Source: a virus (lineage: Duplodnaviria > Caudoviricetes). From it: a stretch of 60,826 bases of DNA. The translations under genes and the position numbers were made by a program. The first letter of the stretch is position 1. Each line of letters starts with the position of its first letter. Location: IMG/VR virus record IMGVR_UViG_3300032301_000738, positions 1-60,826 of that record, one strand, 5' to 3'. Below, in pieces: positions 8,876 to 17,054 of the stretch. The notes beneath the pieces are model-generated. The model did no database searches. It saw only the letters and a program-made list of their open reading frames with translations, and had not been told where the DNA came from.

Positions 8876-10042
8876 TCAGGCCGCCTCGCCGCTCGTGCCA
8901 TTGGCGTCGAGGCGACGAGCGTTCTTCGGAAGCAGGGGGAGGTAGAGGTCCGCCACGTACGACGGACGCTTGAGGAAGGTGTGAAGGTGGGGGTACGCCG
9001 CGTAGTGCTTGGACATCCACGCGATGAAGCGCTGCCAGTCAACGCTCGACCGGCGAATGTCCACGTCCGCACAGAAGGCAGCGGAGGCCATCGCGAAGTC
9101 GTAGTTCTTCAGGATGCCCGTGCCACGCAGGTTGCTGCGGAACATGCGAAGTTCCACAGTGGCATAGCCGCCCGTGTTGAACAGGTTTCCGTGACCAGAT
9201 CGCCGGCACTTGAGCGTCTTGTTGTTCTCGTAGTGCGAGTACGTCGGGCCACGACCCGCAACGTGCTCCAAGAACGGACGATTGAACGGGTCGTTGAGGA
9301 ACACGCCCATCTTGCCGATGGTCAGTTCGGTTAGACCTGCCCGTGACAGGTGGATGTGGTGGCCCACCTCAAGGCCGCATGTCCACGCAGAGCAGCGACG
9401 ATCGCCGAGAATGTCGATCTTCTCGAAGATGTAGTACATCTGCTTGCGGGTCAGCGGCACGATCTTGATCTCGAACCCGCCGGCCTTGTATTCGAGGCTG
9501 CTATCCGACGTACTGACAGTGGCCCGTCGCGACCGGGTCATCGGCCCGCAGTTCCTGTAGAGCCGGTCGATCTGATTGCGGACGAACACAACGTCGTCGT
9601 ACTCGTGGTCGTTCGAGTACATCTCGATCTCGTTGCCCGCATACAACGCCTTCGGGTTGTGCGGGTGCCAGTCGTGCGTCTCGACTACGTCGGTGCCGTA
9701 GTCGTTGAGTTGCCCGCCGAACGGCTCGTCTTCGGAGTGACACTCGCAACTCCAGTCGTCGCAGTCGCCGTTCTCGCAGCGGCTACTGCCGTGCCGATCG
9801 AGGCCGTCGTAGTCGTAGCCGCTTCGGTCGTACCCCTCCCAGTTGTAGCCCTCGTCGTCGAACCGATCGCCATTGATCGTTCGATGCGTCTCGGGGTGAA
9901 ACACGGTGCCCGTCTCGCGGTGCTCGTACGTTTCGTTGTGCCATCCATTGGCGTTGTAGCCCTCGTCGTCTTGCTGCGTGCCGTTGAGATGCACGCCTTC
10001 CGAGTCGAATCCATGCTCGTCGCGGACCAATTCATCGGCCAT
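8876..10042 (-). CDS. putative amidoligase (COOH-NH2 ligase, glutamine synthetase-like fold) with N-terminal G[YF]D repeats
   Basis: GNEIE, DSSL, GFEI, CGLEVGHHIH, TVELRMF motifs; N-terminal DxEG[YF]D repeats and a Cys cluster. Confidence 0.8.
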   Translation of the reverse strand: MADELVRDEHGFDSEGVHLNGTQQDDEGYNANGWHNETYEHRETGTVFHPETHRTINGDRFDDEGYNWEGYDRSGYDYDGLDRHGSSRCENGDCDDWSCECHSEDEPFGGQLNDYGTDVVETHDWHPHNPKALYAGNEIEMYSNDHEYDDVVFVRNQIDRLYRNCGPMTRSRRATVSTSDSSLEYKAGGFEIKIVPLTRKQMYYIFEKIDILGDRRCSAWTCGLEVGHHIHLSRAGLTELTIGKMGVFLNDPFNRPFLEHVAGRGPTYSHYENNKTLKCRRSGHGNLFNTGGYATVELRMFRSNLRGTGILKNYDFAMASAAFCADVDIRRSSVDWQRFIAWMSKHYAAYPHLHTFLKRPSYVADLYLPLLPKNARRLDANGTSGEAA

Positions 10043-10172
10043 GTGAAACTCCTTTACGTGGAAACAAAAACGCCCACCGCGACGTGCGATGGGCGTGCCT
10101 GCGAGTGCAGGGTTGGGGGCTGGCTGGCAGCACAGCCCCGTACTCTGGACTCCGCATCGAGAAAATGCGGGG
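10043..10172 (-). promoter_or_regulatory. repeated leader module: CGATGCGGAGTC motif, three hairpins, GTTTC, SD
   Basis: GACTCCGCATCG at 10148-10159 and CCTGCGAGTGCAGG at 10098-10111; same order of parts as 11863-12000. Confidence 0.7.
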
Positions 10173-10177
10173 CCGAC

Positions 10178-10537
10178 TCAGAGGTCGTCGGCTTGTCGCT
10201 CGATCAGATTGGCAAACGTGGCGAAATCCACGCCGTATTGGTCGTTCGCGTCTGTCATGGAGGTGAAGCCCTGCGTGCCATCTGCCAGCGTGATGCAGAT
10301 GTCGGGATTGGTGTGGTGCATCCCAGCCCACAGCATCACAGGATTGGGCAGGGTGCCGATGTTCGCGGTAGGAAACCACTGCTCGCCAGTCTCTTTGGTG
10401 TGGATGTCACACAAGACGCCCAACACGCAGTACGCGAACTTGCCTTCCTCAAACTCCTCCCGCAGATAGCCGTACGTCTGGCCGTACTCGCCGTGTCGCA
10501 ATGCCTCGACCCATTTGCTGGCGATCTCTTGGTGCAT
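10178..10537 (-). CDS. hypothetical phage protein
   Basis: MHQEIASKWVEALRHGEYGQT...YCVLGVLCD...ND...FATFANLIE; SD GGGAGAG. Confidence 0.75.
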   Translation of the reverse strand: MHQEIASKWVEALRHGEYGQTYGYLREEFEEGKFAYCVLGVLCDIHTKETGEQWFPTANIGTLPNPVMLWAGMHHTNPDICITLADGTQGFTSMTDANDQYGVDFATFANLIERQADDL

Positions 10538-10562
10538 GACGCTCTCCCGTCTACGTGGAAAC

Positions 10563-10604
10563 GCACAGGGGCCAGCCGCCACCGTGACGACTGGCCCCCT
10601 GTGC
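10563..10604 (-). repeat. intergenic hairpin, family A copy 2
   Basis: GCCAGCCGCCACCGTGACGACTGGC core with a different but paired outer stem; followed by GTTTCCACGTA, also found at 10055-10065. Confidence 0.75.
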
Positions 10605-10626
10605 AGATGAATCAACTGACTGACTG

Positions 10627-10854
10627 CTACGACCGCTTCTCCCACGAGGGGAACACGATCGGCCCGCGAACCCTGCCCTCGACGCAGTCATCGAGGAACT
10701 GGGCGTACCGACGCAGTTCTCTGGCCTGTCGCTGGGCGAGCGACTGCCAGTCCATCGGCTCGTCTGCGGGTTCATCGCCCGCAAGCATCTGCCCAAGAGC
10801 CACGATGCTGTCGCGGTACGACTCCGCCGCTTCGTAGACGCCTGCCATGTTCAT
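10627..10854 (-). CDS. hypothetical protein
   Basis: 75 aa, coupled ATGA overlap with the upstream ORF. Confidence 0.6.
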   Translation of the reverse strand: MNMAGVYEAAESYRDSIVALGQMLAGDEPADEPMDWQSLAQRQARELRRYAQFLDDCVEGRVRGPIVFPSWEKRS

Positions 10855-11012
10855 GCCCCCTTCTGCTTGGGGACGGAGCGGAGCACCTCACGGGCGAGCC
10901 GCTGCCGCTCGCGATCCGACATCGTGCGGAAGTCCGCGAGGAACTCCCGCTTGCTTGCACCGAACTGACCAGCGGCCACATCGAGCCGCACGAAACGCAT
11001 GGAACCCTTCAT
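10851..11012 (-). CDS. small hypothetical protein
   Basis: MKGSMRFVRLDV...; SD TGGAGG. Confidence 0.55.
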   Translation of the reverse strand: MKGSMRFVRLDVAAGQFGASKREFLADFRTMSDRERQRLAREVLRSVPKQKGA

Positions 11013-11029
11013 GGACAAGTCCTCCAGAC

Positions 11030-11104
11030 ACGAGACAGGAACCACGAACAAGCCCCGCCACAACGAGCGGCAGGGGCTACCGAAAGGACTCCGCATCGGC
11101 GGAA
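11030..11104 (-). promoter_or_regulatory. repeated leader module (motif plus hairpin)
   Basis: GACTCCGCATCG at 11087-11098; hairpin ending GTGGCGGGGCTTGTTCG resembles the one at 11887-11903. Confidence 0.6.
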
Positions 11105-11341
11105 TCAGAGGTCGGCGAGCAGGTCGGCGAAGCAGAACGAGCCGCCACCAGCACCTCCGCCACCGAGCAGGCGACGGCTGGCCTTCGGGGCGACACGACG
11201 CGGCTGCGGTGCAGCGGCTGCGGGCGGGGCGTCTTCGGCCTTGAGGGCACGATCGACGGCCTTCTCGTCTGCATCCACCTTGACGAAGTGCAGGCGATCC
11301 CACGACGGCTGACCGGGACGAGCAATGCGAACGCGAGACAT
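11105..11341 (-). CDS. small hypothetical protein
   Basis: MSRVRIARPG...FADLLADL; SD TGGAGG. Confidence 0.55.
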   Translation of the reverse strand: MSRVRIARPGQPSWDRLHFVKVDADEKAVDRALKAEDAPPAAAAPQPRRVAPKASRRLLGGGGAGGGSFCFADLLADL

Positions 11342-11367
11342 GGAACAGTCCTCCAGAAACAAAGAAA

Positions 11368-11395
11368 GCCAGCCACAGAACGTCTGTGGACTGGC
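11368..11395 (-). repeat. intergenic hairpin, family B
   Basis: GCCACAGAACGTCTGTG at 11372-11388 is identical to 11899-11915; followed by TTTCTTTGTTTC on the minus strand. Confidence 0.7.
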
Positions 11396-11445
11396 AATCG
11401 GAGGGCAGGCCGCGACCCCTGCCGGTAACGCTGCTCCGCTGAGAA

Positions 11446-11862
11446 TCAGCCGCAGTGACGGCCGATCTCCGCCTCGATGCGGTCGGAGTTGTCAACCACC
11501 GCAGTCAGCCACGAGCGGAATTCCTCGCGACTGTGGAACGGCAGTCGGGAATACTTCTTCGACGCGATTCCAAGCAGCACACTGGGCGTCTGCTTCTTCG
11601 AGACGTGCCGCTCGAAGACGACAGTCGCTTTCGCGGCCTTCTTCGCAGCGGTCTTGGCCTTCGCCGGAGCGGCCTTCTTCGCCTTCGCCTTCACGGGCTC
11701 CGCGACAGCAGCAGCCGCCGCAGACCGCTTCTTCGCGAGAGCCTCGCGGGCCTTCGCCATCGAGTCACCCTTCGCCTTCGGCGGCGGGGACGCCGTCTGC
11801 ATGAACGCGAGGGCCTGCGTAGCGAGAGCAGTGACAAAGTCTTCGACATTGACCGTAGCCAT
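11446..11862 (-). CDS. Lys/Ala-rich (histone H1-like) putative DNA-binding protein
   Basis: PVKAKAKKAAPAKAKTAAKKAAKA tract; SD TGGAGG. Confidence 0.7.
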   Translation of the reverse strand: MATVNVEDFVTALATQALAFMQTASPPPKAKGDSMAKAREALAKKRSAAAAAVAEPVKAKAKKAAPAKAKTAAKKAAKATVVFERHVSKKQTPSVLLGIASKKYSRLPFHSREEFRSWLTAVVDNSDRIEAEIGRHCG

Positions 11863-12000
11863 GTGAAATCCTCCAGTAGCAAGAAACGAACAAGGCCCGC
11901 CACAGAACGTCTGTGACGGGCCTTCCTGCGAGTGCAGGTCGAGGCGGGGACGACGGCCGTGCCCCGCTACGATCTAGACTCCGCATCGGCTAATTGCGGT
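11863..12000 (-). promoter_or_regulatory. repeated leader module: CGATGCGGAGTC motif, three hairpins, GTTTC, SD
   Basis: GACTCCGCATCG 11977-11988, CCTGCGAGTGCAGG 11925-11938, family B hairpin 11892-11924. Confidence 0.7.
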
Positions 12001-12178
12001 ACGGCCACATCGCACCACACGCGATTAGTTGCAGGTCAACTGCGATGGTTTCCGCAATGCGATCCCATCGCCATGCGTCGTACTCGACACTCGCAATCCC
12101 TCTACGCGAGTAGTCGATGTAGCCCAACGTCCAGAACCCGTAGCACTGTTCCCAACGTGGCGTGTCGAAGCCGTCCAT
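11990..12178 (-). CDS. small hypothetical protein, first gene of the minus-strand block
   Basis: 62 aa, SD TGGAGG after a hairpin leader. Confidence 0.55.
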   Translation of the reverse strand: MDGFDTPRWEQCYGFWTLGYIDYSRRGIASVEYDAWRWDRIAETIAVDLQLIACGAMWPYRN

Positions 12179-12184
12179 CGTTCA

Positions 12185-12266
12185 TCCTCCAAGTCGGTGA
12201 CCATGACGATCGAAGGTCGTCATCGTTCCGACACTTCATAGACTCCGCATCGTGGAAATACGGGGC
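12185..12266 (-). promoter_or_regulatory. repeated leader module (motif plus hairpin)
   Basis: GACTCCGCATCG 12241-12252 followed on the minus strand by a GTCGG..ATGACGA/TCGTCAT..CCGAC stem and GGAGG. Confidence 0.65.
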
Positions 12267-12500
12267 GAACGAACGAGGGGAGGGGGAGCATGGCGATGAA
12301 TGGATGGACCGCCCAACATGGGCCGAGCGGCAAGGTTTCACGCTGTCCCTCGTGACCGTGAAACGGAAAGCCTTGTAAACACGCGGGATACGGGGGGTGT
12401 TTCGAGCCGGCCCCCAAGCCCCCCCATCGCGCGCAGTGACGAAGTCACGTTCCCCTCCTGTATTTTTTCCCACTTTTATGAAGCACCCTCCACTGGGGGA

Positions 12501-12528
12501 TTGCTGTACCGTTGTGCGCCTGTACAAT
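12501..12528 (+). promoter_or_regulatory. candidate host sigma-70 promoter for the ssb operon
   Basis: TTGCTG-N16-TACAAT. Confidence 0.4.
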
Positions 12529-12537
12529 CCCACCGTC

Positions 12538-12565
12538 CAGCCGCTCGATCGAGGCGGCTGTTTTT
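12538..12565 (+). terminator. hairpin plus T5 (terminator or attenuator) upstream of ssb
   Basis: CAGCCGC/GCGGCTG stem followed by TTTTT. Confidence 0.5.
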
Positions 12566-12584
12566 GCGCGCACGGAGGTGACGA

Positions 12585-12944
12585 ATGATTACCGGCACAG
12601 TGACTGGCAACGTGGGCAAGAAGCCCGAACTGCGGACGAGCGCAGGCGGCAAGGTGATGGCGAACTTCTCAGTGGCTTCGACGGTGAAGCGCGAGGGTCG
12701 CGAGCCACAGACGACGTGGGTCGATGTGGTGGCGTTCGACGAGCAGGCGGAGCGCGTGGTCGCCGACGTGGACAAGGGCGACCGCGTGGTGGTCAGCGGT
12801 CGGATGGCGCTGGAAACGTACGAGAAGAAGAACGGCGAGGCCGGATGTACTCTCCGGATGATTGCCGACGAGGTAGGCTTGAGTCTCCGCTGGGGCCGCA
12901 AGGAGCGCGCCGGAGCGGGTGACGACTACCCCGTGAACTTCTGA
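12585..12944 (+). CDS. ssb: single-stranded DNA-binding protein
   Basis: GNVGKKPELR, ANFSVAS, TTWVDVVAF, KGDRVVVSGR; acidic C-terminus ending in F. Confidence 0.93.
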   Translation: MITGTVTGNVGKKPELRTSAGGKVMANFSVASTVKREGREPQTTWVDVVAFDEQAERVVADVDKGDRVVVSGRMALETYEKKNGEAGCTLRMIADEVGLSLRWGRKERAGAGDDYPVNF

Positions 12945-13147
12945 TGTCGCAAGGAAGCGATCCCCAGCCGCTGTGCAAGAACTGCCGGTTCTGGCTGCGG
13001 GACAAGGAACTCGTTCACTGGCCTCCGGCGGGTGAGTGCAGACTCCATCCGCCGGAGGCTGTGACGTGCCAATTCCCGCGTACAAGCGAGAACGACTGGT
13101 GCGGGGACCATGCGTACCACCCCAACCGCCGCGACGGGGAGTGGTAA
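12944..13147 (+). CDS. small Cys-rich (Zn-binding) protein
   Basis: CKNCRFW...GECRLHPP...FPRT...DWCG. Confidence 0.7.
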   Translation: MSQGSDPQPLCKNCRFWLRDKELVHWPPAGECRLHPPEAVTCQFPRTSENDWCGDHAYHPNRRDGEW

Positions 13148-13290
13148 TGAGCGCGTGGCTGCTGTTTGCCGTGTCGTGCGTTTACTGGTGGGTGGCGATC
13201 GACCAGTGGCTCAAGGGCAGTCCCGCAGGCTTCGTCGTCTGGGCGTCGTACGGGATGGCGAACTTGGGGCTCATGTGGCAGACGAGGTGA
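13147..13290 (+). CDS. small membrane protein
   Basis: 47 aa with two hydrophobic segments, translationally coupled. Confidence 0.6.
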   Translation: MSAWLLFAVSCVYWWVAIDQWLKGSPAGFVVWASYGMANLGLMWQTR

Positions 13291-13292
13291 TC

Positions 13293-13940
13293 GTGACCGA
13301 CATCGTGACACGCCTGCGCCGGTGGACGCACGCGGTGGACGCTGCGCCCGCGAGCGACCTGATGGACGAGGCGGCCGAAGAAATCGAAAATCTCCGCACG
13401 GCCATCCGGCGCCTTGCCGATCAGGACGCCACGCTGTCGGTGTGCGACGGTGCGGTGACGGTGACTATGGACGGGACGCTGACTGACGAGGAGCGGCGAG
13501 GAACAAACATGACTACACAGAACGACGCTAACGAGCCGTCTCCTGCATCTGCTGGTTCTCACGGGGAGCCAGTCGCGTGGGCTGTCTGGTCGCCCTCTTT
13601 TGGCTATCCGTTTGGCGATGCGGCAATCTTCAAGCGGAACGAAATGGCGGTCGAAATGTGCGTGATGAACGGCTACGGCGTGGACGACATTATTCCGTTG
13701 TATCGCAAGCCGATGCTGGCAGACGAGGAGTTGAAGGCGATCCGAAGGGCGGCGGCAGCGGACTGGAAGGCTGCTTGCGAGTCTGCGGAGGCGGCCAGCA
13801 AGGAGTTCACCCGGTTGAAGTTGACGCGATACGAGAGGCACTGCATTGAGCGGGTGCGAGACACCTATGCCGACGAGGACGATGTGGAATGCAACGAGAT
13901 AGCGGCGATCCTCGACGGGCTGCTGGAGCGAACGAAGTGA
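13293..13940 (+). CDS. hypothetical mosaic phage protein
   Basis: DIVTRLR...EAAEEIENLR, PVAWAV and three LTDEER-like motifs. Confidence 0.65.
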   Translation: MTDIVTRLRRWTHAVDAAPASDLMDEAAEEIENLRTAIRRLADQDATLSVCDGAVTVTMDGTLTDEERRGTNMTTQNDANEPSPASAGSHGEPVAWAVWSPSFGYPFGDAAIFKRNEMAVEMCVMNGYGVDDIIPLYRKPMLADEELKAIRRAAAADWKAACESAEAASKEFTRLKLTRYERHCIERVRDTYADEDDVECNEIAAILDGLLERTK

Positions 13941-13941
13941 T

Positions 13942-14496
13942 ATGAGTGGGGCCGAATACACAGCCGATTGGTTCTCGCGCAACATCCCAGTCTGGCAGGC
14001 GGTAGTGGTGCCGCACCTGTCCTGCGAGCAACTGCGCTGGCTGGAACTGGGTTCGTACGAGGGGCGCTCGGCCCTGTGGACGCTGGACAACGCCCTCACT
14101 GATCCCGAAGACGAGTTGGTCTGCGTGGACATGTGGTGGCGCCCAGAGGTCGAGGCGCGGTTCGACGCCAACGTCGGCAGCAGGGCGAAGAAGGTCAAGA
14201 AGCACATCCGCACCGCGATGCTCGACATGATCGCGAATGGCGAGCGCTACGACTGTGTCTACGTGGACGGGGATCACGACGGGGCCGTGACGATGGAGCA
14301 TGGCGTCCTCGCGTGGATGCTGCTGAAGACCGGCGGCATTCTGATTTTCGACGACTACGAGTACGTTCACCCAACGCAGGACTCGATCGGCAAGACGCCC
14401 ACGCGGGACGGCATCGACGGGTTTCTGAGCGGATACGCCACGCGCCTGACCGTGATGCACAAGGCGTACCAAGTCATCGTGCGCAAACGGGCCTAG
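13942..14496 (+). CDS. class I SAM-dependent methyltransferase (Methyltransf_24-like)
   Basis: LELGSYEGRS, CVD, YDCVYVDGDH, LKTGGILIFDDY. Confidence 0.88.
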   Translation: MSGAEYTADWFSRNIPVWQAVVVPHLSCEQLRWLELGSYEGRSALWTLDNALTDPEDELVCVDMWWRPEVEARFDANVGSRAKKVKKHIRTAMLDMIANGERYDCVYVDGDHDGAVTMEHGVLAWMLLKTGGILIFDDYEYVHPTQDSIGKTPTRDGIDGFLSGYATRLTVMHKAYQVIVRKRA

Positions 14497-14499
14497 CGC

Positions 14500-14512
14500 G
14501 GCCATAAATCCC
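14500..14512 (+). promoter_or_regulatory. candidate late promoter motif CATAAAYC
   Basis: GGCCATAAATCCC; related motifs at 27897, 36628 and 55535, each upstream of a gene block. Confidence 0.5.
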
Positions 14513-14528
14513 GTACGGGAGGCTGCGT

Positions 14529-15845
14529 GTGGCTGAAGACGATCTCTGGATGGGTGGGCATGTGCAGGGCGCTGACGCCGTGCGCCACCGCAACATCGTC
14601 CGCGACATCTACGCTCGGCACCGTCTTCCTCCGGGCCTGCCGCTCGACAAGGCTGCTGCCGACATCCAGTGGCAGGGCGAGTTGTTCGGGCAGGCTCCAG
14701 CCGGAGGCACGCCGGCGTGGAATAACGCGCAGGAGCGCGCAGAGGCCCGCAGGGAATACGCCGCACGGGGGCAGAACTGGGGCGAGAAGCAGCGGCTGTG
14801 GGACGAGTCGAAGTACCTGTTGCCCAAAGACGCGCAGCCGTACTACCAGAACTACGCCCGAGACATCGACTTCCTGCGTGACGTGACCGGCGCCGGCCGG
14901 CGTGCAGGCGGCGACATGGAGGGGCTGACGGGCGACGAGCGGCTGCGTCTGGCGGGCGCCTCGATGGCGGCTGCGGACGGCACGGACGTGACGCTCGGCG
15001 ACAGCCCAAAGTACCTCGCCGGCCAAAACCTGCTGGCGGCGCTGAACTACTGGGACGCCAGCAACAACTCGCCGCTCTACAGGCGCGATTGGAACACCGG
15101 CACGTACAGCCGGCACGGCGGGGTGGGCAATGCGGTGATGAACGCGACAACAAACCCAGACACGCTTGCTGGGAGAGCGTTCGAGTTCGCAGAGGCTGGG
15201 ATTCCAGACCGCATCCGCCATGCTTTGGGCGGCGCAGAGAGCGCCGGCGAGGCGGCGCAGGCCAACTACCGGCTTCGCGCCGAACATCGCCCGCACTTGC
15301 CAGTCCAGATACTCGGCATCCAGTCCGGCGCCGATGCGCAGCAGAAGGACTCGGCCATCCGGCGCTTGATTGAGCAGGTTTCCGCTGCGGAGCCGCCCTC
15401 CGTGCGCAATAGCGTCTACCAGCGCACTGGCTTCGATGTGGGCCCGTTTGGCGGCGCGGTGGGCGAGGGGGTGGTGTCGAGTTTGGACGGCACTCAAGCG
15501 CTGGCTTTGCTGGGCCTGCCCACTTCTGGTGTGCGCGCAGTGGCTCGCCGCGCTGCGTTCGACACGGCGCAGGACGCCGCCCTGTCCGGAGGGATGTCGG
15601 CTGGTTTCGCAGCAGGCATGCCCAGCGAGCAGGGCTACTTCACGGCCGGCTTCCGCCGCCCGGACACGATGCCGTCCGACGAGGAGCGCGTGCCGCCGGA
15701 AGTACAGCGACAGGTGCAGCGCGAACAGGCCCAGATGTACCGACAGGACAATGCGGCCGGTGTATCGACAGCAGATCAGAGTGCCTACAGTCGACTGATG
15801 CAGGGTTTGGCGCAGCCGCAGTATCCGCGCGGCTACAAGCAGTAG
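14529..15845 (+). CDS. hypothetical, probable virion-associated protein
   Basis: 438 aa Ala/Gly-rich, GTG start with GGGAGG SD, first gene of the head block. Confidence 0.7.
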   Translation: MAEDDLWMGGHVQGADAVRHRNIVRDIYARHRLPPGLPLDKAAADIQWQGELFGQAPAGGTPAWNNAQERAEARREYAARGQNWGEKQRLWDESKYLLPKDAQPYYQNYARDIDFLRDVTGAGRRAGGDMEGLTGDERLRLAGASMAAADGTDVTLGDSPKYLAGQNLLAALNYWDASNNSPLYRRDWNTGTYSRHGGVGNAVMNATTNPDTLAGRAFEFAEAGIPDRIRHALGGAESAGEAAQANYRLRAEHRPHLPVQILGIQSGADAQQKDSAIRRLIEQVSAAEPPSVRNSVYQRTGFDVGPFGGAVGEGVVSSLDGTQALALLGLPTSGVRAVARRAAFDTAQDAALSGGMSAGFAAGMPSEQGYFTAGFRRPDTMPSDEERVPPEVQRQVQREQAQMYRQDNAAGVSTADQSAYSRLMQGLAQPQYPRGYKQ

Positions 15846-15884
15846 CGCCCAAGCACCTGCTGACGCTGACCCCACGAGGCATTC

Positions 15885-17036
15885 ATGTCAGAGGACACTC
15901 TGGTCGCCGATTCGGAAGTCGAAACGCCAAACGATTCGCCAGTCGATCAGTCCGCAGAGTCTGCCGCCTCGCCGGAGCCGCAGACGGAAGCGCAGCCCGC
16001 AGCGCCGCAGCAGCAGGCGCAGCAGAATCTGTGGGACGCCTTTCGCGCCCTGCCGGACTTTCGCGGGCAAGACGACCTCGCCATCGCTCGTCGCCTGTAC
16101 GAGTCGATGGAGCGCGAGCGATCCGCCACGCAGCGGCTCCAGCAGTACCAGCAGTACATCCCCTACGCGCAGCAGTACCTCCAGCACCGCCCGGAGTTCG
16201 AGCAGTGGATGGCGTCGCGCGGCCAGCAGCAGCCGCAGCCGCAGGCTCCTGCCCCGCAGGCGCAGCAGCCTAGCGTGCAGGACGCGCTCCAGAAGTTCTG
16301 GAATCCGCCGGAACTGCGCGAGTCGTACAAGCAGTACCTCGTGCGCGACGAGAGCGGCCGAGAGGTCATCTCGCCGGAGGCTCCGCTCGACGCCAAGCAC
16401 TCCCTGTACGAGTACCTCAAGTACAAGGCGGATTTCGCCCAGAAGTTCCTCTCGAATCCCATCGAGGCTCTTGGGCCGATGGTGAGCGAGATCGCGAATC
16501 GTCAGGCGCAGCAGATCGTGCAGGAGCAGTTTCAGGCGGTGCAGGAAGAGCAGTACGTCTCGACCCTCGAACGAGACAACGCTGACTGGCTGTACGACGC
16601 AGAAGGCAAGCCGACTCGATACGGGCTCGCCGTGCAGGGCTACATCAAGGAGGCGGCGGACGCCGGCATCACGTCACCGGAAATGCGGTGGCGTTTTGCA
16701 GAGATGAAATTGGAAAATGCACTGCACAGCGAACTGCAAGGCATTCGTCAGCAGCAGCAGCAGCGCACCGCGTTTGAGGCGGTTTTGCCCGCGCAAAACG
16801 CACAACTTGCTCCTGCTGGTGCAGTCGCTCAAGCCGCCACTGCGGACGCTCCTGCGCCACAGGCTGCGTCGCCCGATGCAACAACTCGTGCCCAGAGGGA
16901 CATAGAGTTTCTTAGGAGGGAAGCGTCAAGGAACCCCAGTCGAGCGACTGCCTCTGACGACCCTCGTGCAGCACAGGCGCCGATGACATTCGAGCAACGT
17001 CTGACCCAGCAAGCAAAACGGGCCGGACTCCTCTGA
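15885..17036 (+). CDS. capsid scaffolding protein
   Basis: Acidic disordered N-terminus, Gln-rich helical body, directly upstream of the major capsid gene. Confidence 0.7.
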   Translation: MSEDTLVADSEVETPNDSPVDQSAESAASPEPQTEAQPAAPQQQAQQNLWDAFRALPDFRGQDDLAIARRLYESMERERSATQRLQQYQQYIPYAQQYLQHRPEFEQWMASRGQQQPQPQAPAPQAQQPSVQDALQKFWNPPELRESYKQYLVRDESGREVISPEAPLDAKHSLYEYLKYKADFAQKFLSNPIEALGPMVSEIANRQAQQIVQEQFQAVQEEQYVSTLERDNADWLYDAEGKPTRYGLAVQGYIKEAADAGITSPEMRWRFAEMKLENALHSELQGIRQQQQQRTAFEAVLPAQNAQLAPAGAVAQAATADAPAPQAASPDATTRAQRDIEFLRREASRNPSRATASDDPRAAQAPMTFEQRLTQQAKRAGLL

Positions 17037-17054
17037 GAAAGGTAGACGGAAGAC

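Noticed and set aside
7940-11890. Recurrent GAAAC next to stems as hammerhead ribozymes
   Set aside because: No matching CTGANGA core at the right position; the G-U pairs favour the opposite strand, where it reads GTTTC
7940-12270. Repeats read as a CRISPR array or integron attC sites
   Set aside because: Spacing is irregular and gene-sized, there are no constant-length spacers or cas genes, and no RYYYAAC/GTTRRRY boxes or IntI-type integrase were seen
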